From: Mesotaenium endlicherianum
Lineage: Eukaryota
Direction: 5' to 3'
Assembly: GCA_009602735.1 (NCBI GenBank)
Contig: WELA01002202.1
Location: 124,001 to 166,795, forward strand
Length of the DNA stretch: 42,795 nt
Numbering within the stretch: position 1 is the first letter of the stretch; each line of letters opens with the position of its first letter. Positions 10,856 through 23,200 of this stretch are shown piece after piece. Both the position numbers and the translations under genes were made by a program. The notes beneath the pieces were generated by a model that saw nothing but the letters and a program-made list of their open reading frames with translations, searched no databases and was not told the DNA's origin.

Positions 10856-12473
10856 ATAGCAAAGACTTCACACCCTCTTTCATTCGTGTCAAGCCTTACT
10901 TACACGAGTTTACCGACAGGACCTAGCCATAAGGATAGGCTGTGTCATTGCTACATATCCTGAGGCGTTCGATACGAAAAAGTGGTATTTTTGTCCAAAT
11001 TGGCAGAATCTGTACATCTCTGTTCAGTTTGCACAAAACGATGGTTAATTTGGTATAGCTCCGCAAATCGATGGTAAACACGTATTTACCCTGAATTATC
11101 CGTTTGTTGAAACAAGAAGTTGCGGCTTATTGGCGCCCGTGTATGCGGCGCTGCGTGTGGCGCTTGCAAGGCAGTTGCAAAGCATTCTAGAATGGTAATA
11201 ACACGTGGTTTCGAATGGACGCGTTTACACATGAAACTCCTAATATTCAAAAAGAAGCAATGTCGGAGTTCGCATGCAGCCACGCTCCACCACTGATTGT
11301 GTTTGGGACCAATACCTACTACCATGGGGTACAACCAACATATGTACCTTTTATTCCTGATTTCCAATTGATTCAAGGACGGTCATACGTGGAAGACGCA
11401 TCCAAAGCTTTCGATGGTGAATCGTTGCTGGTCATGCAGCATTTGGAAAGCGCTAGAGTATATGAATATACAAAAAGGGCGGCAGGTATGATGTTTCTCG
11501 TGTCGGTGGTGGGCTATAGTTAGAATGAATCATTTGAGTCGGATTTGAGTGTACCGATATATGCCACGAACCGTCCCGCTTTCGTTGTTGTTTACGTAAA
11601 CTTTATGTGGTACGGTGCCCAGACGAGGTCAAAATAACTGGAAACATATGAGTGGCTGACAGCTGATGCGAGTCGGATACGGGAGCATTCGGGAGTCGGA
11701 AATCGGGACTTCTAGAGACGCGAAGGAATGTGGAGCAGCCAATCCCCGGCTTCATTTCTGACATATCGAGCGTTTTTTAGCTGTTCTCGAGCCGTCACTG
11801 CTGGCTCGACGAGGCTCGACTGGGCTCGACTCTCGAGAGTCGAGCCTCGAGAGTCGAGTCTGCTTGAGACCACCGACTTGTTTCCAATATGGCTGGCACG
11901 AAGGCCTTACCCGGATGTACCAGGACCTCCGGGCTCCGGGTTGCTCCGCGCAGTCAAAGACGGTCTTGCAGCAACTCACAGTTATACTCAGTTACACTTG
12001 ATCTTTTCGTTTGACGTGGTTCAATGTCGTCAGAGCACGCCGAAGTGCAATCATTTGCAGGCCTGAAAATTTGCCTAATCCTCCCCCGGTATATTCCTAC
12101 TGTATTACTGTTCCAGCAAGTACCAACCAGCAATTGCGGCAAGACTCACATGAGTTCGCGTAGCGAGTGTGCGCAAATGACCGCGGGAAAGCGGATTTCT
12201 GTACCGTTTTGAACGCTCTTGTCTTATTTCCGTTGTCGACGTGCTTATGATGGCGGCATGTCCATGTTGATTTCGTGGTAGACTCTTCAGGAGCTTCAGG
12301 ATAGACTAGGACCCGACTATATATTTGTGACTTTTGTCCGCAACGAAAGAGGTGACATTAGCACTTAGCGTCAAGGAAGGAATACCAGGCAATTATAAGG
12401 AGTCTGGGTCTCTATCTCAAGCCTCAAGGTTGCCTCACTAGGTATTGACCCGGAGCCGAACCTCTCAGCTAGA

Positions 12474-14407
12474 ATGGGTATCTTTGGTGGCCAGACTCCT
12501 CTCAAGGTGGACCATAAGAAAGACACCCAGACCTTAAAGGTTTCCGACGTCGCAGGAACTCCCTCCCTTCAGGGCACAAGCGAAGGCCCACGAAACGGCC
12601 CAAAAAGCAACCTGCAAAGGACATGGTCTGGCAGTGAGTGCAGTTTTACCGCAAATATTTTTGAGAGGCCATATGCCAACATCAAAGATCTGTACGAAGT
12701 TGGACCCGTGTTGGGATCAGGTCAGTTTGGCTGTGTAAGGTCCTGCACCCATAGGACGACGGGAGAGAAGTTTGCTGTCAAAGTCATCAGCAAGAGCTCC
12801 CTGAAGTCACATATGGCAGTGGAGGTCGTGCGGGAGGAAGTTACTATTATGCAGACCGTTGGCGATCACCCCTCAGTTGTTGCTCTTCGCGACATAATTG
12901 AGGATTCAAAGGTCAGTTCTGCACCTTCGCATTCACACCTGGCCACCATCAAGGATGACATGTTTGCCGAGTGGTCCCCGAGCTAGCGGCTCACGATTGC
13001 GATGTCTGTGACATCAAAACATTGCTAAGTGATCAGTGTCTGCATCTTAAGTCCCTGCCAGATGCAATCTCCACGGTCTACCCCTGTGAGGAATAGTGCA
13101 GCCGGTTCCTAATGATGCTGCGTCTGGTTGGCATCATCGTGGTGCAGTATGTCTGCCTTGTATTGGAGCTTTGCCGCGGAGGGGACCTATTTGATCGCAT
13201 TACGGAGCGAAAGCACTATCCCGAGAATGAGGCGGCCGAAGTGGTTGCATCCATCGCGGAGGTGCTGAGGCACTGCAGAAGCCGGGGCGTCCTGCACCGC
13301 GACCTGAAGCCCGAGAACATCCTGCTGTGCAACAAGAGCTCCCACACCAAGATCCGCGTTGCAGATTTCGGCTCTGCCACATTCGTAAAGCCAGGTGTGT
13401 TGCATTGCCCATAAAATGGCCTATTGTGAAGTAATTGCGGTGGTCAACGTGCCCTTCTTGCACGTGAATCTTCTCATGAGTCAATTCAGCTCCTGCTCCC
13501 CGGTGGCTTTCTGCTGTGCTCACCATCTCGTGCTTGCATGACTCCCCCAATGTGCAGGCCAGAAGCACTCCATGCTCGCAGGCAGCACATTCTACGTGGT
13601 GCCAGAGGTCATCAACGGCAGGTACAGCTTGGAGGCGGACGTGTGGAGTGTGGGAGTCATCCTCTACGTCCTCCTCTGCGGCAGCCCCCCGTTCTGGGGA
13701 AAAGACGAGCCTGCTATTCTGGAGGCCATCAAGGCTGGCAAGGTTGACATGAGCTGGGGCCCATGGCGTCAGATCTCGCAGGAGGCCAAGGACCTGGTGC
13801 AGAGAATGCTCACTGTCGACCCCACCCAGCGCATTACGGCCGAGGAGATTCTTGGTAAGCACTTCTCCACGCCACTGCATGCATCCGCCGTCGTGTGGCG
13901 CTTTGTGGGCGACTGCCTTACTAGCAGCCTGCTTTGGTAAGCACTTCTCCACGCCACTGCATGCATCCGCCGTCGTGTGGCGCTTTGTGGGCGACTGCCT
14001 TACTAGCAGCCTGCTGGCTTTTGATGTACTGAGATTCCTTGCTGGCGTGCATGAACGACTCAGCTTGCTCGGGAGTGCCGACTTTTGACCCAATCCGTGC
14101 CTCTTGTCGTTGTGCAGACCACAGCTGGATCAACAAGTACGTCATGCCGGTGCTGCGTCCCCTGCTAACAACCCGGAGGAGTCCCTCTGCCCTCCACGCC
14201 TCCCTGCCTTCCAGCCCTCTGCCCCGCTCCCCAAGGGCTCCCCTGGCTAACTGCCCCAGGAGCCCCAGGAGTCCCAGGACGCCCAACCTGTCCCCCAACT
14301 GCCCCAGGAGTCCCAGGAGTGCCAGACATCCTGGCACCGTGCTCGACATGTGCATCTCTTCATACCTCGCGAGTAAGGCCAAGTCTTTGAGGCCCTCTGC
14401 GCAGTGA
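12474..14407 (+). CDS. PEPKR-like kinase, duplicate copy; exons 12474-12911, 13148-13394, 13558-13854, 14118-14407
   Basis: ORF translations identical to 3977-6074; intron 3 has 2 rather than 4 repeat units. Confidence 0.85.
13855..14015 (+). repeat. 82-bp tandem repeat, about 2 units
   Basis: Units start at 13855 and 13937; same unit as 5358-5682. Confidence 0.95.
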
Positions 14408-16993
14408 GGGCTCCTTACGGCTCAGCCATGCTGCTCTTCTGGCGGCGCGTGTGATGCTACAAGCATCAGCCGGTGGCGGCGTTGGCACACTTACTTTTCT
14501 GGAGCCATGGAGTTTGGCGTGTACGCTCTTTTTTTCCTTCATGTAAGGTTTATTTTCCCACCTACCGGTGGCAGACCCTGCAGAGGCCAGGATATGCTTT
14601 TTCCTCCCTACAAACGGAGGCTTTCACTATAGCTGGGGCACATTCCTCCTGGGCATTTTCCCTGTGTGAACCGTCCTTTTAGGACCCTATTATTATACAT
14701 CCTCCTGTGGTCTACCCGCTCCCATCGGGTTTTTTAGTGCTACCCTTGTTGCAGATAAGGGTCCTAGAAGAAACCCTGCTGCAAGATAGACATGAGATTT
14801 GGCCAGACTCACTGGCATGATTTAGGGATGAATGTAGCATGACTGGCTATTATGTGTAAATAGGGTGTGCCACTTATGACGTCTGCTGCGGGAGCCAACC
14901 TTAGCAGCCAGAATCTTCTTTTTTTAGTGCTTTAGTAGAGCTCTAGTGGCTATTCCACGGCTTCGGCTGTTTTTTTTTGGCCATCAGACTCTCATGTAAG
15001 CTTCTGGTAGGTTTGCATATTATGTTTATACTATCATACAACTATTATACAACTTATGGACAAGAGTACATAGTTTGCTCTTTATAGGCCACTGGCATCG
15101 CATACTGATTACTTACTAATATACATTATCCATCTAGACTCCACAAATCTTTTAGAGGGGAACGATTGAGTCATATTTCTATTGAGACCGTTGCATATTG
15201 CTTGCCCACGATGATAGATCCTTCCATCTTCCACACGATCCAACCTGTACGCTTGTTGAGCATTTGTCTGGAATATACATTTTGAAAAAATCTCTGTTCA
15301 TCACTCCAGTTTCATGCTAGGTCTGGTGAGTCTGAGAGTCACCGAAAGCAACCACCCGACTGAATTACCAATATGAAGTACACAAGGTACCACCAGCCTG
15401 TGGGGCTCCAAGCACTGCTTGCCAGAAGTCTCCTTGTTGTTTTTGAACCGGTAACTTTTAACTGTACATGTGGAACCCTTCTCATGGAGGCCCGCCTTTT
15501 GTGGCTGAAGGAATGTCCAGTAACTCAACCCAACTGAAAATGAGCAGTATGCGTCATAAGCCTTGAGAAAGGTCTCCTGCTGCTTGCAGTCACAGACCTA
15601 CAGGCTTAAAACAGACTCTGTTCGTATAACGAGGGAGCTTCTCAGATGGAAGCATCTAATAGCAACTGTATTGGGAGTGCTTGTTGTGGATCTGGCCATA
15701 AACCACTTCTATGCACGCATTTATGTTTTCTGGTGTCCTCATGTCATGGAAAGGTAGACAGGCATGACAATGTGAGATTAAACAGCCTCAAACACCAGGG
15801 GTGCCGAAGTGACTGTTTTACCATCTTCGTCTCACGTACTGCTTACATTGGTTCACCAAATAGTCCAGCAACTGACGAGCAAGTGGTGAGGAAAGACGTC
15901 ATGGACAAATCATAACCTTATTACTGACGTCAGAGAGAGGCACTTCAATTTAGGCACCACCTTCAGCTTCTTCACTTCCAAATACCAGACTGGATGCTCA
16001 GGTGTTTGTACGTACGTCAACTGACTTGTATAAGAGTGACCAGCACAGGCGATGGCCTGTACAAACATTGATCAGTTGCACATGCAGTCCTCTCTTTCAG
16101 CTAAGAGCTGCACTTCATGCTCCAATCACATATGCATGCATTACATATACGGCAAACATGGGCCTGACGTGAGCAACACATCAAGTGGCTAAAAAGTGTA
16201 CTGTACACATTATCCAGGAAGTGTGCACCTCCACCTCGTTCCGTGACTAATCATTAAAACCTGACAGCATAACACACCTCGGATGTTGTTTGCCGGCACG
16301 GGGAGGTAGCAAATGCATCCCCTGGTCTACACCGCCTGACTGCCGGCATCTATGCAGCCAAATTATGCACAAAATAACCATTCAACAGAACAAATTCAGA
16401 TCTCCAAGCTCCATTGGACCCCACGAGGGGCAAATTTGTGGCCTAACAAAGGGCACACCTCCAGCTAAGCCTTTCTTTTGAGGCTCTTCTACCCCATAAA
16501 CTTTTGCAGACTGTAACCGCAAGCACGGGCCGCCCCTACGATTCCCAATGCCTCTCGTGTATGGCCCATGTCGCTACTTGTCCCCCCCCCACCCCCTCCT
16601 GTTCCCTCCCCCCTCTCCGCCCCAAGCGCCACCTGGCCACGGTCTGCGTGTCATTCTTGCAGCGCCAGCTGCACATCTAGACCAACAGAGCTGCATTCAC
16701 CAGCGTGACCTCCTGAAGGCAGGTGGTGAGCAAGTGGGCCTGCCCCCCGGGTGCTTGTCCACCCACTATCGTGACATCACATGCAGGTACAGACAGAGGA
16801 GTGCAGCATTCAAAGGCTGCATGCCTGCTAGCTAAAAAACGATACCTACACAAAGGGTCAAACTCCTGCCCTCTCACTTTGGTCCTCAGAGCAGCTCCAG
16901 TCTTCATCTTTGGAGAGAAAGTGGCTATCCTGAAAAGACCACTCATCGCAGCACACACAAGCCCCGTGCCTGCCTGCCAGCCAGCTACCCTGC

Positions 16994-19274
16994 CTACCGC
17001 GCGCCATCGGCAGCAGCAGCAGAAGCCGCCACCGCCGCTGCTGCCGCCGCAGCAGCAGCGGCGGAGGTGGCGGAGGAAGGCGGGGGCACGCGCGGCGGCG
17101 CGCGCGGCAGCGCGGTGGAGGTGTGCACCACCCAGCAGTTCTCGAGGCGCCAGCCCCAGTCGGCGCGGCGCCGCGAGGCCTCGAGCGCGGGCCACTGGTT
17201 GACGCGCACGTAGGTGCCGCGCACACCGCTCTTGGAGCGCGTGAAGCGCCACACCCACATCTGGCCGCCGAACTCGCCGTCCTGCTCCACGGCCATGACT
17301 GTGCCGTCGGGGTGAAAGCAGCGCTGCATGGGCGGCAGGCCGCGGAACGACGGGTCGAACGCCGCCCAGTACTCGCCCGCCGTCTGCAGGCACTGCCCAG
17401 CGCCCGCACGGGTCAGCCCAGCAACTACGTGTATGCGCACGTGAGCGAGCGAGTGAGTGTGTATGTATGTGTGTGAGCGCGTGCGTGCGCGCCTGCGCGG
17501 GTGGCGCGGCCATATGCATGCCTGCCGCGACGCCATGCTCTTGCTTGACCAGCGAGTACCAGCAGCAGGCACTTCCAGGCCTCATGACGTGCAGAACCGC
17601 CAGCCACCCCCCGCCCCCTTCAATAGTCCCCACGTTATAAAATCAAATTGAACAAGAGGAGAATCTCTAGACTGACCGCACCACAGGCCAACTGCCGAGC
17701 ATCCGTTGACGCAAGCTTGGACCGCCTCTGGCCCCAAAGGATACTAGGGAGCTATACCCACACTTGAGGGCTATCACCAATTCNTGAGGAAGAGACAGAT
17801 GCTTGCTCAATGTTCTGTGTCGCCACAGGGCACCACCACCAGGGCAGCAGCAGCGGCAGCAGCAGCAGCTGACGAGCAAAGCAGAGCGATGGGTACCGGC
17901 AGGTAGCAAGAGGCAAAAAACGCCACTCATGGGTGGGTGGGGCCTGCATGGGCTTTGCTAGACTTACGCCCGCCTGCCTGCCTGCACACAGGCATGCATG
18001 GGGTGCAGGGGCGAGGTGTTCACGCATCATACGTGTGGCTAGGGCAATAAGTAAGCAGCATCTCAGATGTGCACATGCGGGAAGACACGAGGAGCCAACT
18101 AAGAACGCACACAGCGCACGCGCTTCAGGAAGCTGCGAGCTTCGCAGCAGCCCCAGCCCCAGCCCCAGCCGCAGCCTCAGCCGCAGCCACAGCAGCCGTG
18201 ACACAGCGAGCCTCCGAGACGACGGCGATCGAGGCCGCGAGCGAAACCGACGTCAGACAAGGGGTCCCACGAGCGTGCCTCTGGAAGCGAGAAGGGCAAG
18301 ATAGCAGGGAGCTGGGCTTGCGGTGGATGGGCCTGGGGGGAGAGGGTGGGGAGGCCCGAGGGGGCCAGGAGGAGGGGCAAAGGGGAGGCCCAAGCGCTGA
18401 GATGCTAGAAGAGGTTGTGGCCCTCACCCTGGTGCTGTCTGCAAGCGCAAGCGCGTAAGCCTGCAGCCTGGGAGTGCCAGGGTCCAGCGCCTCCTTGGCC
18501 ACGTGCAGTTTCCCCTCCCAGAGCTGCTGGCACTGGGGGGCCCACAGGGAGTCGTCTCGGGCCAGCTCCTGCCACTGCAAGCTCGCACACGTGCGGGCGT
18601 GGAGGGGTGGGGGGAGGTAGCAGAACGCCCCTGCCTCATCGTGGATGGGTAGGAGAAAGTGCCACCTCTGTGGAACAGCATGCCCGAGAGAGTTCCCTCA
18701 CACCATGGACAGCACGCGCAGAATCACGGGCTCTTGCTGTCCCCGCCTGGTGCAGTACGTTTCTCATTGCACAGAAGAGCTTGCTTGACGAGAAGAAATC
18801 ATAACATCAAACCACATGCCTTCCCATCCCGTTAAGACACATGACACAACACGTCTTGTTAGGACGGGCGGTGTCATTGTGTTGCTGAAGTAGAGGGTAC
18901 CCTAAGAAAAGTCACAACTCAGGGCCCAAACGCAGGGAAGCACGCAGCAATTTGCAATTTTTTTGTTTTCATCGGATGGACGAGGGATGCCGTAGCCGCA
19001 AAGGGCGTGGTGTGTTTGACGACAACCCAACGTTAGCCTAAACGTTGATGCATCTATGGATACTGTTCGTAAAGTGTACACATTCCATTCTGCCATACCC
19101 AACAAGATAAGTCGAACACCACCGTGGTATTACAACGCGCCTGCAATGCTCTCTTACCTGCTTAGAAACTGCCGTGCAATTAGCTAGGTCTTTGCCACGC
19201 AGGAAAGACATGATGTGGAAAGTGAGGTGGGCTCCAAGAACGTCCAACGGATCAGCTGCTCCTTCAACCTGCAT
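16994..19274 (-). CDS. F-box family protein of a conserved plant type; exons 19274-19158, 18574-18428, [short exon missing], 17383-16994
   Basis: Exons 1-2 give an F-box: DPLDVLGAHLTFHIMSFLRGKDLANCTAVSKQ|WQELARDDSLWAPQCQQLWEGKLHV. The C-terminal exon (EYW..DP..PPMQRCFHPDG..YVRVNQWP..DWGW) matches, from memory, an uncharacterised plant F-box family. Joins are phase-0 GT-AG; there is a poly-Ala tail. Confidence 0.8.
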
Positions 19275-19904
19275 CTTGTTTGGTTTTCGCCGGACTGTGT
19301 TACAGCTACGGTTCTTTGTCTGATGCTCTGAACGACACTTCGACTTTCTAATAGACCTGGTCGTGCAACCCGCACAGAGCCGCCCACAGAAGCTTCGCTG
19401 TCGGACAGGATGCTTGCTCCTAAGTTGCATCGTTCACCATGAATTGCTAGCCGAAAACCACTAGATGAAGAGACACGAGTATGAAGCTGTAATAACATAT
19501 GTGTATTAAAGTTCAGACTCAAATATTCATGGCAGGCATGTTAAATGGCTTGAATGATTGGTTACATACAAGCATATATGAGCTGCATCTAGATGTATAA
19601 CCAAGTGTAACCAATAGTCAAAAGCAGTCAAGAGCGTCGTCATTGTCCGCTCTTGCCACCTGTTCGTGGTTAAGGAACTTTGTTTTGTCCTTCCCGTCAG
19701 AGGACATATAATTTTCGTAGTCGATGTGGAGAATGGATATGGTATAAGGAATATCACCATATATAACTGCCAAAAATTAAAGAGAACTCCTTGGTGGCAT
19801 GAAGACTCTACACACGTTTCGGTTAGACACAGCAATAATCAGGCGTGTTTTCTGTTCTTTTTCTTGCTGTCGCTGAAGGAGATTCCACATATCGATTCGT
19901 TGAT

Positions 19905-19912
19905 TTTGGCGC
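19905..19912 (+). promoter_or_regulatory. Candidate E2F binding site upstream of ORC5
   Basis: TTTGGCGC matches the TTTSSCGC consensus, about 350 bp upstream of the ORC5 ATG in the divergent intergenic region. Confidence 0.5.
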
Positions 19913-20255
19913 CATCGGGGGTACGAAGCGAGGACTGGAGCTCACAGGTGCGGTACAAACCGATGGTCAAGTCGATGATTTCTCCGGTGCTCGTTACGTT
20001 GCATATAACATCTTCACTGTTAGGAAACTACTTGCGAGACGACACCCTTAATCGGTGCACTTCGACACTCACTCTGTGATTTACTGGCAAGTGAGGAGCT
20101 TTTTTCTGAGTTACCATTTTACTTTTAGAGTACCGTGAACCATCATAATGCGAGCCTGCATCGTCGTGCTATTGTACATGTGAGCTTGTAAATGGTGCCT
20201 CTCGTGCAGGGGCGTCTTGGGCGAAAGTGAAGTGAATCTCTTGCAAGCAGGACGA

Positions 20256-23200
20256 ATGACAACCTCAGGTAGCCCCGATGTGCCAAATGCTGATGAGGAC
20301 CCAGTGAGACAAAGTACAGGGAGTCAACAGGAGGCCGGCACAGGTCATCAAGCCGGGGGGGCGCTGGATTCGTCTGGAGCTGGCGATGGAATCTCGGCCG
20401 TTCGAGAGAAATTGAAGCAAGAATTTCCAGGACGAGCTTTGCAGGTCTGGAAGAACGCCACTGTCACTGAGCCAATAGGCTGGAGTGAAATGAACTAATA
20501 TTTTGCACAAACTAGGCATTCGAGCTGGTGTAACGAGACCCTATACAGCCCACGTTGAACTGGATCCACGGTGGGCAATCCATTCTTAGATGCTCAAGTC
20601 TGCCAAGCATGGCGGAAAGAGACTAGGAACAAAGTCTTTGGGTAGGAAGCTGCAAGCAATACTGCACCGTAATCTGGCCAAGGGTTTGTCCCAGCTGCCA
20701 TGCATGCAGGGCACATGCTGGATGGCTCCGCAGATGGCATGATCTCCAGCAGCTCTGGGGGTGGACCCTCGCTACCCTCTGCGCTCCAGCCCTCCCTCGC
20801 GACTTCTCAAGTCGCATGCTCCCACGTGTGGTGCAGATCGAGGAGCTGATGGAGCTTCTGGGGCAGCCGCAGGATGCAATCCCCCCCCTCCTTGTCTTCG
20901 GCATCTCTGGTAATCACGCCTCTCTGGCCACTTTTCCACCCCCTTCATGATACAATCTGTTACCCACAGAAGGTGTGTGGCGCAGGGGGGCTCCTTCTGG
21001 CTACCAGACACTGTGGGCGCCAGACACTGCACGATACCAGATCACAGGCACGCCGTCATGAATGGCGCTGCTATCCTGAGTGGAGCACGCTCCCTTCCTC
21101 CGTCCCGACAGCTGGCAGCTCAGTTGGCCCTGCCTTAGCTCCTTGCTCCTTAGCCCTAGAGGGCACCTCGTGTCTCAGTCGCCCACAACACAACGGCAGC
21201 AGAGAAGGGCAGCATGGGCTTCGTAGCAGCGCGCGTGCGTGCGTGCGCACACGCACACCGTCCCGCCAGAGACCCCAGGCCCAACTGAGTGCGTTGCGGC
21301 TCTCTCCGGGCGACGTGCAGGTGTCGGGAAGACAGCTGTCGTGAGAGCGGCGCTGCGCCTGCTGAGAGCTCCGCACGCATACGTCAGCTGTCGAACCAAC
21401 CCCACCCCCCGCCTCCTGTTCGAGACCGCCCTCAACCAGGTTGCCCTTCCACCTCGTCCCTCCCCTCACTGCCTCAACCCCAGAAACCGCCACCCTTTCG
21501 AATTCCTAACCCCCAATTTTCCTGGCCCTCAAATCCCGGCATCTCATAGGCTACATGCATTGTCCCTGCCCCCTTGCCCCCCCCCNNNNNNNNNNNNNNN
21601 NNNNNNNNNNNNNNNNNNNNNNNNNNNNNNNNNNNNNNNNNNNNNNNNNNNNNNNNNNNNNNNNNNNNNNNNNNNNNNNNNNNNNNNNNNNNNNNNNNNN
21701 NNNNNNNNNNNNNNNNNNNNNNNNNNNNNNNNNNNNNNNNNNNNNNNNNNNNNNNNNNNNNNNNNNNNNNNNNNNNNNNNNNNNNNNNNNNNNNNNNNNN
21801 NNNNNNNNNNNNNNNNNNNNNNNNNNNNNNNNNNNNNNNNNNNNNNNNNNNNNNNNNNNNNNNNNNNNNNNNNNNNNNNNNNNNNNNNNNNNNNNNNNNN
21901 NNNNNNNNNNNNNNNNNNNNNNNNNNNNNNNNNNNNNNNNNNNNNNNNNNNNNNNNNNNNNNNNNNNNNNNNNNNNNNNNNNNNNNNNNNNNNNNNNNNN
22001 NNNNNNNNNNNNNNNNNNNNNNNNNNNNNNNNNNNNNNNNNNNNNNNNNNNNNNNNNNNNNNNNNNNNNNNNNNNNNNNNNNNNNNNNNNNNNNNNNNNN
22101 NNNNNNNNNNNNNNNNNNNNNNNNNNNNNNNNNNNNNNNNNNNNNNNNNNNNNNNNNNNNNNNNNNNNNNNNNNNNNNNNNNNNNNNNNNNNCCCCCCCC
22201 CCCCTTCTTAAATCAAGCCCCTCCACCGTTGGCTGTGGGCTCTCTTACAAGCACCCTGTCTGGTTCCTCCGCAAGTAGCAGCAAGCACAGAACTCTCACA
22301 CTGCAGGAGAGCAAAAGGGGAACAGCAAAGGGCGAGGCTGTGGGTAGGTAGGCGGGGGGTGCCGTGGCGCCGCGCTTCATGATGCGGCCCAGGAGCTGTG
22401 AGTGCCATGCTCCAGGCTGCAGCCCGCTCACTCATTTCTCAAGAATGGCAGTGGGGGCAAGGCTGCGGGACGGCCGTTTGTCATCCCTGTGGGCCGGCTG
22501 CCTGACTCACTGACAGCTGCAGCAACAGCAGCAGCAGCAGCAGCTCTCCTCTCTGCCGGCCAGCCCTCAGGGGCGCGGCACCCGCGCTGCGCTGGGCTGG
22601 TGCCCAGGAGGGAGTAGGGGCGGCACTCGCAGTGGGGGCACTCCCTTGCGGGCGGGAGCAGCCAGGCACAGCTAAGGGAGGCCAGGGGAACAAGAAATTT
22701 TGGGGAGGGCTCAGTCATCCGGTGAGTCGCACTCGTGCTTGCTCAGCCATGGCAGGAAGCGCGTCCACTTACCCAGATGAGAGATTAGAGAACAGGGATC
22801 AGGGACAGAGCAGGGACCAAGGACGGCCGGCAGGGATGGAGGAGGGCCCTTGCCTGATTTTTCATCTTCCTGGCACGCTTTTTAGCAGAGAGTTATCCAG
22901 GAGCAGGCGGGTTATGCGCCCCGTGCAGCAGGGCGCGCGTGCACGGCTCCTTCCTCTGCGGGTTCCCGTGCTTGCTTGCCGCTCGATCTCTCTTGCGAGT
23001 GGCTGACAGAGAGTTGCGTTGCTCCAGTGCCCGAGAGTCAGAGGCAATTATACTCCTGCAGGCTCTGGGGGAGTGGCGTAGCGCGACACGTGCTGTCCGC
23101 TGCTTGCGCTAGCAGCAGCCTAACAGCAAGGAGGAATTTGGGGGGGAGGGGGGGGGGCCGGGGCTTGGGCCACCCCGTGTCTGTTGATTCCTGCCTGTGC

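Larger units (their letters stand above)
9976..17783 (+). repeat. Near-identical duplicate of 1479-9450 (likely assembly artefact or alternative haplotype)
   Basis: Offset is 8497, then 8333 after two fewer 82-bp units. Differences I noticed: one substitution (1790 T vs 10287 G) and repeat copy number. Both ends abut single Ns (9975, 17784). Confidence 0.95.

Noticed and set aside
1479..17783. A real tandem duplication or transposon-captured kinase cassette
   Set aside because: Both ends of copy 2 coincide with single-N joins, identity is near-complete including intergenic DNA, and it interrupts the F-box gene; an assembly artefact is more parsimonious, though not proven.
21239..22351. Long ORFs spanning N runs (also near 24038, 31436 and 34616)
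   Set aside because: Length comes from X residues in gaps flanked by C/G-rich runs; only the short ORC5 or trehalase exon parts are real.
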